This document shows positions 48,701 to 61,537 of a stretch of DNA of 64,000 nt, piece after piece. A model generated the notes under the pieces. The model was not told the DNA's origin. It searched no databases and was given only the letters and a program-made list of their open reading frames with translations. How positions within the stretch are numbered: position 1 is the first letter of the stretch; each line of letters begins with the position of its first letter. Origin of the DNA: Chlorokybus atmophyticus. Its lineage: Eukaryota > Plantae > Mesostigma and Chlorokybus algae. The position numbers and the translations under genes are program-made. Location of the stretch: positions 988,159 to 1,052,158 of the forward strand of contig RHPI01003156.1 of assembly GCA_009103225.1 (NCBI GenBank). The letters are read 5' to 3'.

Positions 48701-51636
48701 CCCAACTGCTATTGCAACGCCTTGTTGCAAGTTTTGTACTTCATACCACCCTTGCGGGCAGCTGTTACCTCCCATGTTTGTGACAAGGACTTCTGCTTGA
48801 CTTGCGAGCTGGGTTTCATGCTGCACATGCTGAGCTTGGCCAAAAGCGCAGCGTGCCAGGTATGTGAACCGCTTGCCTTGATGCCTTATTGTTGGGTATC
48901 ATTGCGTGTGACGAACATCCTCATGTGCAGGCAAGCAACCTGCTGCGATCTCTAAGACAAATCCGCGAAGCAGCCGCACTCGGCTTGCTAGAGGGTTCAG
49001 ATGAACTTGGAACCACCAAGGAGAAGTCCCTGGCGAAGCGCATCCAGACTTTTAGCCGTTTCATGCTGGAGCAGCTCCACAAAGAGTTTATCGCTGCTTC
49101 TATTTCGACGCCTTCATCGCCGCAGCGCCGAACGCCTGGAGCTCAGCCGTCCAATGGGTCGGTCGTTGATCAACTCTTTGGAGCCTCTGTACATACCAGA
49201 ACAAAGGTACTTCATACATGCTGGCAATACAACAGCCGGTTTATCTTGGAAGGTACTCCTAGTGCTTGTCATCGTGCTAGAGTGCATGGGTGCATGCCGA
49301 GCTGGACGCCCCTTGGTTTTCATGGTTGATGCCGGATCACATAAGTGTGTTCAGCAGTGACGGGCATTCTGGAGCGAGCTCATTGGTTGTTGTCTATATT
49401 CTCTTGCAGTGCTTGTCAGGTGCGCATGACGACATCACCAGGGACACCAGGACGTTTCAGTTTGACCTGCAGTTTCCTACCATAAAGCCTGGTGCTGAGC
49501 GTCCCTCATCCACAGCCCTGTTGGCTCGCAGCTTGCACCGCCAGGAGGAAAACATGCGCGCGTGGTGCGACAAATGCCAAGCGTACAAGACTGTTAGCCA
49601 GGTTTGCCCCAAGCTTCTTGCAAACTTGCTAGCAGTGATAGGATGGTGCACACAGGCAATGCATGACTCAGCACAAGTTGTTCATTGCAGACGCGCATCC
49701 TCGCATCGTTGCCACCAATCCTGGCTTTCCATTGCACCTTTAGAGACGTGGCTGATATGCTCCAGTGGCAATCAGACCCCTCTCAACCAAGGACCCCAAC
49801 AGCATCCCCCACGGCAAGGGGCCGGACAGACTCCACAACAGCAGATGCCGATGCACAGCAGCAGCATTTGTCGTGGCTCCCAATGTCTGTCCACATTGAA
49901 CTCGATCAGGCACGTTCATCCGTCAAAGTGGCAGAGGTCCCTGCTTCCAGCCCTGCTCTTACTGCGGAGAACCCAGCTGTTGGTAGACGCTACGAGCTGA
50001 TGGCCGTGGTTGCGTTGGTTCGCGAACCCGGGGAGACCATGGCTGTGGTCGATGGAGACCATCTTGTCGCTCACATCAAGGTTCCCCAATCCTATGTTGC
50101 TGATGCCGGCGGCATCAGCCGGCCCGGTCGGCAGGATGCACGAACAGCCAAGGTGGTTGTGTGCTCTTGTTGTTGCTTTGCGTGCACAAGGATAGTAATC
50201 TTAACATTCTGAATTCAGGATGGGGAGGTCATGAGTCCCGTTGCAGAGAATGGGATGGCTGCAGCGGCGGTACCCACATCACCAGTAGACAGTAATGCGC
50301 AGGGTTTTTTGAATGACGGGAACAACTGGGTGCTGTTCAATGACTTCTTCGTGACGCAAACACGTGCGCAAGAAGTCTTGCAGCTGTATGGCACTGCCAA
50401 GGTGCCGTGCCTTCTATTCTACATCAGCAATGATGTCCTTACCCAAAGGCCTACCATGCAAGGTGTGTGCAACATGGAAGGTGTGCACAATACAGGTGCA
50501 CCAGGTGTACTAACTGCAACACTTGTCAACTCAAAAAAGTCAACTCAGTGTTGTCATGTTCGCTCTCTTTGGGCCAGGTGTGCCATCTGCGCCACAGGGA
50601 GACGCGACACAAGCAACCTTTACTTCACCAATATCTGAGGACTTGTTTCGACAGCTCACGCACGAGCCAAGCCCGGCGCGCTCGCCACGACCTCGCCCGC
50701 AAAAAACCCCGACATTCATTCCGCTGGACCTCAGAACAGAGCGCCCTCATCCTGGCATGCTGATGGGCATCGATGCAGAGTTCGTGGCACTCGCCCCACC
50801 TGAGATGGTATGTGGTAGAACAAAGCATTGCATCTGGATGTCTGACCTTTGCCAACTAAATCTGTTCTCCAGGAAACACGCGAGGGAGGTGTGGAGGTGG
50901 TTGCGCGACCATCAAGACTCGGCCTGGGTCGTGTCAGCGTGGTTCGTTGGGTTGGGTCATGCTTTTGCTGCGATTGTTGTTCAACTTTCTCTGCGCATGA
51001 GTCACGCAATAGGCAACATGTGGCTCATCTCAGGTGCGAGGTGAAGGCGCCCGAGTGGGCATCTGCTGCATCGACGACTATGTCAAGAATGTGGAACCGG
51101 TCTACGACTACCTGACAAGGTTTTCGGGTCTCTCGCACGGCGATCTGGACCCATCCATGTCAACTCACCACATCACCACACTCAAGCGAGCCTACCTCAA
51201 GCTGCGCTACCTGGTGGACAATGGCTGCAGGCAAGTGACGGATACCTACACTAATCAGTGTATTCTGCTATGATGTACCCAACATACTAAGATCTAATGC
51301 GCTGTTGTGTGCAGATTTGTTGGGCATGGGTTGAAGACAGATTTTCGCATGATCAACATAGTGGTGCCGCCGGAGCAGATAATCGACACGGTTGAGCTGT
51401 TCCACTTGAAGCGCCAGCGCAAGTTGTCGCTGAGGTTCCTGTCCTCCTACCTGCTCCGCACAGACATTCAGAAGGACACGCACGACTCCATTGAGGACGC
51501 CCGCACCGCCCTCAAGCTCTACGAGAAGTACCGTGAGCTCACTGCCGCTGGCAAGTTCAACGAAATATTGCTTGAAACCTACCGCTACGGGCGCCTCCAT
51601 AATTGGGAAGTCAGTGCATCCCAGCCACCAGACTGA
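45793..51636 (+). CDS. PAN2: PAN2 poly(A) nuclease catalytic subunit
   Basis: WD40 N-terminus (FDNREELLWTG, YCDPLVK|VFDVRA); pseudo-USP domain (FDFSNYNHTRFAGLEN..PNCYCNALLQVLY); DEDDh nuclease (GIDAEFV, CIDDY, YLTRFSG, FVGHGLKTDF, THDSIEDA). Stop at 51634-51636. Confidence 0.95.
45954..46019. repeat. Perfect 31-bp inverted repeat with 4-nt spacer, PAN2 intron 1
   Basis: GTCACCTGCACTGTCGATTGGCAGGGCATGG (45954-84), ATGC, then the exact reverse complement (45989-46019). Confidence 0.97.
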
Positions 51637-51765
51637 AGGAAAGGGAGGCTATACGGCATACTCGTTGAGGTCTTTCAGCAATTGTTGAGTAGTGCAGGGT
51701 ATGCCTTGAGCAGGCAGCAGGTATGAAGCCAGCAGTGGGCATTCTTTACACTTTAATAAGAAAAC

Positions 51766-52774
51766 TCATGTCTTTGAACCCTCTACTGATATCTGATGAA
51801 TGGAGCAGAAGTCGTCCCAACCGTTTTGCATTGAGAAACGCAGGTACTGCGCCCGCACTTTGTTTACCTGTGCGCAGGCTGCTGTGGTTAACTTGCGCAT
51901 GCAAACAGGGCGAGACAATGCCTGCTTATCATGCATGCCCTTACTTGATGTGACTCCATTTGCATGCGGTTGCCCTTATCCGGAAGTTCTGGTACAACAG
52001 ATGTGGTTAGTGGAATAGCACTGTGCAAGCTCATCTAATGCATGGCAGCTAGCGTTGTCATCAGGCGGCTTACCAACTTCAAACACTTTCTCGAATTGTC
52101 CCGGCAGCTGCGCGCTTTCGCACCTCTCAACAACAACCTTGCGCGCTGCATCAAAGACAATGAGGGTTAAACACTCGAATTCTGAGAGGGCATACGCTTC
52201 AGTGCAGAGCATACAGTGTGGAACACGTAGCCAAACACCAACACAGTTACCGTTTGTGGTGTAGAGCCTCACCCTCCCCACCAGAACAGGCGACTCAAAC
52301 TTCAGCATTAGCGCCTGAGGGTAGCCCCCAGTGCTCACCCAGAAGGTGGAGTCATTGCTGCAGAGCAAAGTAGAATACAATCGAGCAAGCTACTGAGCAC
52401 CGACTGACCATTCAACAAGCCACCTTGGATTAACACTTTAATTGCCAAAAGGCTTGTAACACTGACCCTTTATTGGCAATGTATCAAAGTCCACACAGCA
52501 CATCCGTTCAGATGATGTGATTTTGCCTTGACATATGCAGCGTCAAGCCCAGCGCTGTAAATCAAGATACTTCTATCACGACGCAGGCAAATCAAAAGGT
52601 TGACTCATCAAAATGATACACTTACGCATAAGTAAGACAGTTCTGAGCAGTACCTCTTGTGTCATTTATCAACAACAACAATTCTGCCTACCCATCAAGG
52701 ACGTTATCAGCGGGGTGCCTGGTGTCACTCGACGTCACCAGGGCCACCCGAGCACCCTTGATCAGTTCCTCCAT
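51766..52774 (-). CDS. IFT25: Intraflagellar transport protein 25 (HSPB11)
   Basis: Spliced: MEELIKGARVALVTSSDTRHPADNVLDG|NDSTFWVSTGGYPQALMLKF...|ARKVVVERCE...FEKVFEV|ELPDKGNRMQMESHQ|VNKVRAQYLRFSMQNGWDDFCSIHQISVEG. Confidence 0.88.
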
Positions 52775-53002
52775 AACCCTGCCAGTGCTCCTCCTCCTGC
52801 TCCTCCGCCGCCGCCGCCGCCACGGAAGTCACGTGCGTCGTATCTGTTCACTGAACCCACATTGATAACCCCAACTTGAACCACCCCTGAACAGTCGGCC
52901 ACGTCGGCAATCGGTGTGAACTGTTTGATCCACTCCAAACCACTGCGCTGACGCTCCTACTTGTGGGCGGCAGGGGGAAGGAGGGCGGCGGCGGTGGTGG
53001 TC

Positions 53003-54409
53003 ATGGTCAGCGCATGCGCGCGGCCGTCGCTGGCGCTGTTGGCGCCGCCGGCGACGGTCGCGCGACCACAGCGGAGCACGAGCAGGAGGCGAGCTACTAC
53101 TCCTGCTGCTCCGCTTAAGCAGCAGCAGCACCACCACCACCTCCCTTCTCTCCTCAGAGGCAAGCGCAAGGGCGTTCGCTGCGAGGCCGGCGACATCAGT
53201 GGTCGGGGCGAGGGTGTCGGGGCTGAGGGTGATTCAAGTGGACAGAAGAAGCAGCAGCCGGACTATAGCGGGAAAATTGCTGAGAAGCTCGCCGCCGCGG
53301 CGGCTGCACAGGCTGCGCGCCAGCGAGAGGCGGAGCGCCTGTTCGCCCTGGGAGAGAGGGCCTACGCCAAGGGGGAGTATGAGCAGAGCGTTGAAGCGCT
53401 GGAGGCCGCCAGCAACTTCACCACACTCAAGTCTGACCTCGGTGGCCAGGTGCTGGTTTGTCCCTTTGACAAGCAGCTTGCCTTCATGTGTACTTTCTGG
53501 TCACACATGCAGGCAAGCTGCGCATGCACACCATGAATCCGGCTCATTACTACGATCTTGTGACGGTTTCCGTTGTTGGTGGTCGTTGCTGAGTTGCAAC
53601 ACATTATTCAGACAGCCAGAGTGACTGCTGTGGACATGAGCTTTTATAAATTACCGTTGGGAGCCACAGCGAGTGTTCGCTTTTAACAAGGATCAACTCA
53701 AACTTGGTTCAATATAGGAGCTTAGTTTGGCACACTGCATGACGCGCACGGGAATGCAGCAACCCACGCAGAGGAGTGGTTGTCGTCCCTATTAACTTTG
53801 TTGTTTACGGGTATGTAAGCCGTATGCACATCAGCATGTTGCTGCGGCTTTCAACTGACCGCGGTGCTCAATACAGGTTGCTCTGTGGCGAGCCATGGCG
53901 TTGGAGGCTTGCAAGCGCAACAGCGAGTGCATAGCGTTGCTGAAGGAGGTGGAGAAGAAGCATCCAGACGAGGAGGTGAAGAAGCAGGCGGCCAACCTCA
54001 AGTTCATCTATGAGGCCCCCAAGCTGCGCCTTGAGAAGGAAGACTTCGTGAGCATACCAACGATGAATCTTGACCCCAAGTAAGTGCAAACACTTGCAAA
54101 ACATGTAGAGCCATTCAAGTGGCCTGGTCGTTCATCTACTCTTTATGTGCACACACCAATCGCATTCATTCTGCCGTAGGTTGTTGTGGATTGCTGTGTA
54201 TGTGCTCATGCTGTCTTAATAGGGGTGCAAAAAAGACTTGGCGCAATGTCAAGCCTTGGAGGCCGAGCAATACAGCCCCAGAGCCTACGCTCGAGGAGTT
54301 CTTAGCTCAAAACAACATTCCAAGGTGGGCAGGCAACATGTACGCGTGGGTCGCTTTGTCGGTGACTCTTACAGCAGTGGGTCTCTGGCTCAAGAAGTTC
54401 TACTACTAG
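53003..54409 (+). CDS. TPR-like plastid protein with C-terminal membrane anchor (cyanobacterial-type family)
   Basis: Transit peptide, then GERAYAKGEYEQSVEALE...LGGQ|VALWRAMALEA...HP..EVKKQA..LKFIYEAPKL and a single hydrophobic C-terminal helix. Three exons in phase. Confidence 0.75.
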
Positions 54410-55889
54410 TAGAGCGTCTTGTTGTAGCTGCTAGAGACGACGCATAGGTGCCATTGTTTGATGAGCCCTCCAAATGGTCTCACAAACACAACAGTCATCG
54501 TGTACTCTTGCATATGCTTGTGGTCTACAATGCTGGCGATGAGAGAATTATGTGTGAAGGCACACGACCACAAGATGTCGATTGTTCTCAATTCTCGGAG
54601 TGCCATTGCGTTGAAGCCTGGCGCAGCAATGTTGTCATGGATATAGATGCCGTACCTGACACTTTCAGGTCAGGCCTGTGTAACACAGGTTGTGTTGCGC
54701 ATAGCTATGGATGCGAGTGAATATTTATGTTCAAGTCCTTTGCGTATCATGTATTTACCCACATTAAAGCAAGTGTATGTACTTTTTGAGTTGGGTCCTG
54801 TGTTTTGGTTACCTGCTGTGTGTGTTAGGCATGGACAGAACCCGGACCTCTTTGTGTGTTGCGTGATATAAGAGTTGACAATGTACTAGTATGCTGACAT
54901 TGTCACACGCTCGCTAGCACACGCGGTAACTTGCACAGTCGCGTGTTATACAGATAATTACAACTACCATGATTGTTTGCATGCATTGACGAGGTGATGG
55001 CAGTAGCGGTCGTTGCAGATTAGTAAGAGCGCAATATGAGAGATAGTGTGGTAGCCCGGTGGCATGTGCTGATACGGAATGCAATAATGAGGTTGTTGTG
55101 TGATATGCTGTTAGAATAGTGTGTCGTGTCGGGCATGTGTTGCATGTGTTGCATGTGTTGCACGCATGCATGTTCATTCATATTGCGCATTTACTGTACA
55201 CAACAACGCCCATGCCATTACACACCCATGCCCCACGCGCACCCAGTCCATGACACCACAACACACCAAACCACATTTATAAAAGCAACGCTCAGAGGAT
55301 TTGTCGTGCAACTATGAAGCATTATACATTTATTTACAAAACCTGTTATTAACGTTAGAGCCGTTATTTAATGTTATTTGCTTTCACAAGAATCACAGTT
55401 GTTTTGCAACAATAAAACTACATTGTACTTGTTAGCATGCATGTCACCATCAATTACCATCAACAAACTGTAAACACTACCTCACGCCTTAATGTAAAAG
55501 CTCACAATCATGTGCAATTTCACAACTTACCACAAATGTGATGCATTTGGTAGTTAATTGTTCAACAACTTATATAATAATTACCAATTGTAAAAATACC
55601 TATCATATAATATTTAGCATACACTTAGTGTAAATTATGTGACGAGGTAACTTGTCACGTGTACCATGTATACGTCATAAAGTGTGTAAGTGTATAACGT
55701 GTACACATGCGTATGTATCATCACTTGACAACTTCGGATTGAACGATACACAGTTTTTATTGTGAACATCGAACATGAATTGGCACGTCACGCGCCTCAG
55801 TTACTATTTGCACCTTTATTTTAACTTTATGTTCTGGTGTTGGTGATTCGAGTGAGGCGACCTCTATGGGTTTCATACGATTGATACAA

Positions 55890-56288
55890 ATGCCACACAA
55901 TAATATGTAAGAAAGAGGTGGAGGGTCAAACAATAGTTCGTTTACGTGTTGCAACACATTTGTTACTTGATGTAAAGGCCACACAATAATGTGAGATTAA
56001 TAACAGGTGGAGGGTTGCGTGTTGCAATCCATTCGTTGTTTTATTTTTCTGTTTTTATAGCATACCTCCCGCTGACAACTCTGAGAGACCAGATCGAGAA
56101 TGCATTTCTAAGCCCCCAATACATGTATTGTGTGTCTCAACCCGTCTGTCATTTAATGTAGAGGCCACACAATTATACGTGGTTTGAAAAGAGGTGGAGG
56201 GTTGCATGTTGCAACCCATTTGGGTCCCTTATCTTTTTTTTGGGGGGCGTACCTCTCTCTGGCAACTCTGACCAGACTAGGAATGCAT
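55890..56288 (+). repeat. Degenerate direct repeats (three GCCACACAAT...AGGTGGAGGGT units)
   Basis: GCCACACAAT at 55892, 55978 and 56164. The last two units share ~135 bp of similarity through CAACTCTGA...GAATGCAT. Confidence 0.8.
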
Positions 56289-56432
56289 GCCAAGCCCCAC
56301 TTCGCTTGGAAAGTCTCCCCACCGACGGGAGACTTGAACCGCACATAGGTAACCACTCGGCTACCGCTGTGCATGGTTGACATGATCGGTGCAATACTAG
56401 CGTAATGTGTATGCTTGTGTCGCTTGTGGTCA

Positions 56433-59400
56433 ATGGCGGCGGTGGCGGTGTGGCGGAAGGGGTTGGCGGTGCTGCCTCTCGCTCGTGCATGCTTGGCTAA
56501 AGCCGGCTGGAGGGCTGCAGAGCTAGGTCCAAGATGGTATGGCGCACGCGTGTATGCTGCGCAGGCTGCGGGGTGGGGTGCTGCAGTTGAGCCCATCAGC
56601 AAGCAACAGCTGCGAGCTGGCCCACTTGAGGTCAGACTTCAAGCGATAGCATGCTTGAGAGCAAGGCTTAACAGCAGCGCAAACACTTGTTAAGCATGCA
56701 AATTGGGTATGAGCAGGCGTGTTTGGTGGTGAAGCACGCCTGCTTGTGCTTGAGCACCATGAGCGCATCCTCATGGAAAGCCATCATCAATTGTCAATTA
56801 TGCATGCTCAAGTAGAGACTTTCTGCACCTTGCAGCTGATTGAGCGCACAGTTACAGGCATGTACGCATGTCAACGGCTCTAGCATGTTGCGCAGCTTGA
56901 GCATGCATGCAGCATGCTAAGTGACTGTGGCTACCGACTTGCCACTTGCCTGCCTGCTTGCTTGTGTGTGCTTCGCTGGCAGCTATGTATGCATGCGTGT
57001 GTTGCAGTGCTGCTAGTAGGCTTGAGCAAGCTCATGCCAGCAGTGTATGCAACTGTGTTGCTTCATTAGTGTTTCAAGGTATTCCTACTGATGAACAAGT
57101 TCAGGGATAGTGATGATGGTTTTGGTTTGCCTTCTTCTTGCAGAGGTATGATCTGCTGGTCAGAGAGGGAACCCTGCGGATGGATCCCGCGCAGCGCCGG
57201 GTGGCCACAGTGCTCGACTCATTGTGGGCACAACTCGCAGACTACCAAACGCAAATGCTCTACTATCAGGTACATATCATCACAATGCATAGCTATACTA
57301 CAGCAGTCATAAGTAAGTAGAGTGTGCATGTGCATGCACCTGCGCACGTGTGTGCGTGCGCGCGTGACACAAATCGGCTTCTGCTGTCCAGGCAGACCTG
57401 GATGCGTGGCTAAAATTGCGGCGCGAGCATGTCAAAGCCGCCATAAGGTATGCTAGCTTCATACCTCGTGTCTAAACCGCCCTGCTTAATGCTGTGGGTC
57501 ACGAGTGTTACATTGGAAGTGTGCCAACAAGCCACTGTATACCCAGGCGAGAATTGGAGGAAGAGGAGCGCAACCGCAAGCTGGCGGAGAAAGAAGGCGT
57601 GTTTCGGAGGTTCTGGCGAAGGTTTGGTTCAAACTGTGAGTGGCTGTCACAGCCCTAAGTGCAAAGGGTGCCCACTTTATGCACATGCTGAGAGTCACAC
57701 ACAGAGTGTCTTAACAGGCAGCGCAATCCGCGCGCAGAACCCGGTGCGGGTCGCATGGTAGCAAAGCGCAAGCGCGATGCGGCGGTGCTGAAGATGCTCC
57801 CCCCTATGCCGCAGCATCCTGAGGCGCCAACGGGTGTATACATTTATGGCAGCGTTGGTTGCGGTACGCTGCTTGCGGACATTGTCTCCCCTCATATGTT
57901 GAAAGATAGAGGATTGCTGACTCAATCGCCATGGTGCTGTGCAGGTAAATCACTGCTGATGGATCTGTTCTTCAACTGCACAAGCAGTTCTGTCCTTCAT
58001 CGGAGACGGCTGCACTTCAATGCAGTAAGCAAGCTGATGGTGCATACATTATTGCTTGCATGCTGAGCTTAAGTGTGTTGGCTTCCACAACAGGCCATGT
58101 TGGAGGTGCATTCCCGCATGCATGCATTGAAGCACACGCGTCTGACTACACGCATGCAGCGCCTTACAGCAGCAGGTAGAACTATCACACAGCCACCCCT
58201 TGAATACAATGCATCACGGCAGGTTGTTTGATACGCAACTGGTGGCATTACCCAGCTTATGTTCCGCTTGCAGGTGATGATGCAGTTGAGAGGCGTCTTG
58301 CGGAAGAGGAGAATGAGGCTGAAGACACCATTGGAGACTTTTCTGCGGTTGCACGAAACTTTGTCAAGGATTCAACAACATCCTCATCCTCCTCTCTTGT
58401 TCAACGAGCACGCTATGGGGGCCTGCTGTGCTTCGATGAGATGCAAGTACTGTGGTCATCAACCCCATATTATGATTGAGGAGTGTACTCTCTCTAGCTG
58501 AGGCCTCACATCTTGTCTTTGCTAACAGGTTGCGGATGTCTTCACGGCCGTAGCCATAGCCGACATCTTCCGTTGCATGCTGCGTGATGGCGTGGTCCTC
58601 GTGGCAACAAGCAACAGGGCCCCAGCTGAACTCAACAAGGTAGGACTCTCAAACCAATCTCTTTGGCGGAAAACCACACAGCGTATGCCTCAAATCAGTT
58701 GCTCCATTCTAAGTATTTCTCTTGTGTGGCCTCCTCAGCATGGTCTGCAAAAGGAGATTTTCAGCAAGTTCCAGATTGAATTGCAGCAGCGATGCCATGT
58801 CGTGCATTTGCAGTCAGCTACGGATTATCGCAGATTCGCACTTGAAAGCGACACGCTCGCGCACAGAAACACCTTGAAGGTGTGGGATGTTGTGCTCTCA
58901 TGGCCGGGGCTTGCTGATAAAGCACAATCTGTTGCTGGTGTCTATTGCTTGCACATGTTCATCTAACCAAGCAGTGGTAGTGTTGCGATATCACGTCCTT
59001 ATATTCGCCTTGTGTGACTTCAGACCTATTTTTGGCCGCTTGATGCGCAAGCCTCAGCGCTGTTTGAAAACACATTCAAAGCGATAACTGAGGAGGAAGC
59101 AGTTGAGCCAACGGTTGAGAACTTGCCAGTGATGTTTGGCAGGTTAGAGTTTCTCGTCAATCGCTATCCTTTAAATGCGTGCCAACATACAGGCTTACAT
59201 TGTAGGATTGGCGTGCTGTCCAATGTCAAGCCGTGTTCAGCTGTGTTTTTCATTCATTTCACTCGCGTCTGCTTGTGTTGCATCGTGTCCCTTGCATGGT
59301 ATGACAGTAGTAGTGCGTGTTCCCTTGTAGAATCCACCAACATGATGTGAGCTGTCTGGACAGGACAATGAGAGTGGGGATGAGTGTGGGCTCGACAGCG

Positions 59401-60237
59401 CGCTTTGAGTTTCGCGAGTTGTGCGGTGCACCTGTAAGTCATTCAGGTGGCATTGAAACTATATACAACTTAGGCAGTGCTTGGACCTGAACTTGTGCAT
59501 GCATACAGGTGGGCGCCGCCGACTACATTGCGCTTGCAGAGCGATATCACACGCTTTTCATCTCCGACATTCCCGCCTTTAGCATGCAAACGGCAGATCA
59601 GGTGATTGGCCGTATTCTACATCCCATAACGCAAGATGAAGCAGGTAATTAAGTAACATTCTATGGTTCTTGCAGGCTAGACGGTTTATTACGCTTGTAG
59701 ATGAGCTGTACAACTGGCGTTGTCGGCTGGTTTGCACCGCGGCGGAGCCACCGCAAAGCTTGTTTTCTGCCACCAAAGAGGACCCTATTTTGGACCTGGA
59801 AAGGTGCCTACATGATGTGGTGATGTATGTGTTTGTGACAAGGGACCCACACATTCTTTGTCGTTGGTCTGCAGTCTGCAGTTTGAGACTGAAGCTGAGC
59901 AGGCCAAGTTGCGACGAGACCTCATGCAGTCGGCTGGCGTCATCCCTTTGGGCTTTTCAACGGAGGGCAGGCGAGCACTGGACTCACAACTGAGCGGCAG
60001 AGAAGAGACGTTTGCCTTCAAGCGCGCGGTAGGAAATTCCTCCCCTAGTTGGGGTGAATCGTCACTTGTTGTGTGTTGTGTTGCATGCATGACCTGCCAG
60101 CAACACTCCTTCTTCCCTCGCTTGCGGACATCAGTTTTGCCTATGGTGCGCAGATATCCCGGCTGTTGGAGATGCAAAGCAGTGCATACTTGATTCACTC
60201 GCGCGCTTGCGTTAATGGCCCACAATCCCAACCGTAG
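56433..60237 (+). CDS. AFG1: AFG1/ZapE-family ATPase, organellar
   Basis: GVYIYGSVGCG|KSLLMDLF (Walker A), RRRLHFN, LLCFDEMQ (Walker B), GVVLVATSNRAP, MFGR, VGAADYIALA, ARRFITLVDELY, FAFKRA|ISRLLEMQS. Stop at 60235-60237. Confidence 0.92.
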
Positions 60238-61537
60238 CCCTTGCATGACAATGACAGCAAAGCGCTCGGGCTGATTGAGTGGAGCTTGGTTATTATCGTC
60301 CTTCACACTATGCCAATCGTGGCATTGGCTCTGCAACCGGTTGGCCGACATTCCGCCAACTGTTGATGGTACATGTGTAATGTAGTCCCACTGCTTGTGG
60401 CGATAGCTCCATATGTAGGACGCTGGTGCAACTGTTGTGCTGGAATATGCTGATATGTTTCACCTGGTCATGTGGTTAGTGTTGGCCAACCTGCCAGAGT
60501 GGGTCGTGTTGCGCAACTCTATGCAGCACTAACCACTCTGGCAGCTGTGCGCGTGCTTCTGGGACAGCGTGATATAAAAACAGCTGACTGCATTTAACCG
60601 TTTTTTCCCTGTCTGTGCTCGACTATGGTGCGGGACAATCGTGTTGGTATAATAACGCCGGCGAGCTCTGCTGTGTATGGTTGCAGCACACTAAGAAACC
60701 CATGCCAATCTGCCCTGGTTCCTATGTTGTCAATTAAAACACCCATGCACATGTGTATACCGAGTTGTGAGTTGAGATGAGAGCACATTTTGTGGCTGCA
60801 ATATCGCCTGACAGACTGCAGGGCTTGTGTGCTTATCACCACGTGCAGTCATGCCATCTGTGCAGCATGCAAGAACACCTTTGCAAAACAGCCTGACTAC
60901 ATGTTCGCAACCTCCTGCGTAAACCACAGCTCTGAAAACGTGATAACAGCCAGTCTCCAACTACAATAACCTCGTTGAGGAAGTGCTTGCGTGATGCATA
61001 ATGTATAGCATTACTTACTGGTCCTATGAGACCTACAGTGCCGATTGCCATGAACAAGTCCAACGTCTAACCTCAACATAGCAGCTCGATCAGTGGCAAT
61101 CTATCGGCTTTCACCCTCCAAAAGGATTGCTTGGCTGCTGCTCAGCTCCTAACTGACAACCAAGCAACAGCATATCCACAACTACAGTTGTTACTAACCC
61201 TACAATAACAGAACATATGAACAAAGTATATAAACTGCCGCAACATAAAAGCACGGCTCTCCTGCATATGCGAGAGGTTACTCAGCAACCAGATCCAACA
61301 TCGACTGATTGTGTGCTTACACGGCCCGTGGATACCAGCAATCCTTACCTTGATTGACAATGCAAGGGGCACTGCTCGCAGCAGCGAGACGAACAACCAT
61401 TGGCCAAGCTGGCCCTATGTACACTGGGTGACGCATGTTGGTATAGGCAGACCACAACCGCTGCTTGGTAGCATTCCACAGCACCGACTGCTTTGCGCTG
61501 AGAACCAGTTTGGCTGGTTGTTGGCAACAGCGGGGTG

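Noticed and set aside
56631-57143. Multiple short inverted repeats in AFG1 intron 1 (e.g. AGCAGGCGTG/CACGCCTGCT, TGCATGCTCAAG/CTTGAGCATGCA)
   Set aside because: The region is rich in self-complementary TGCA/GCATGC words, so short stems are expected; no coherent snoRNA boxes.
60594-61200. Possible small minus-strand gene between AFG1 and HAC
   Set aside because: Splice-like signals exist, but trial splicing gave implausibly short introns or early stops and no recognisable protein.
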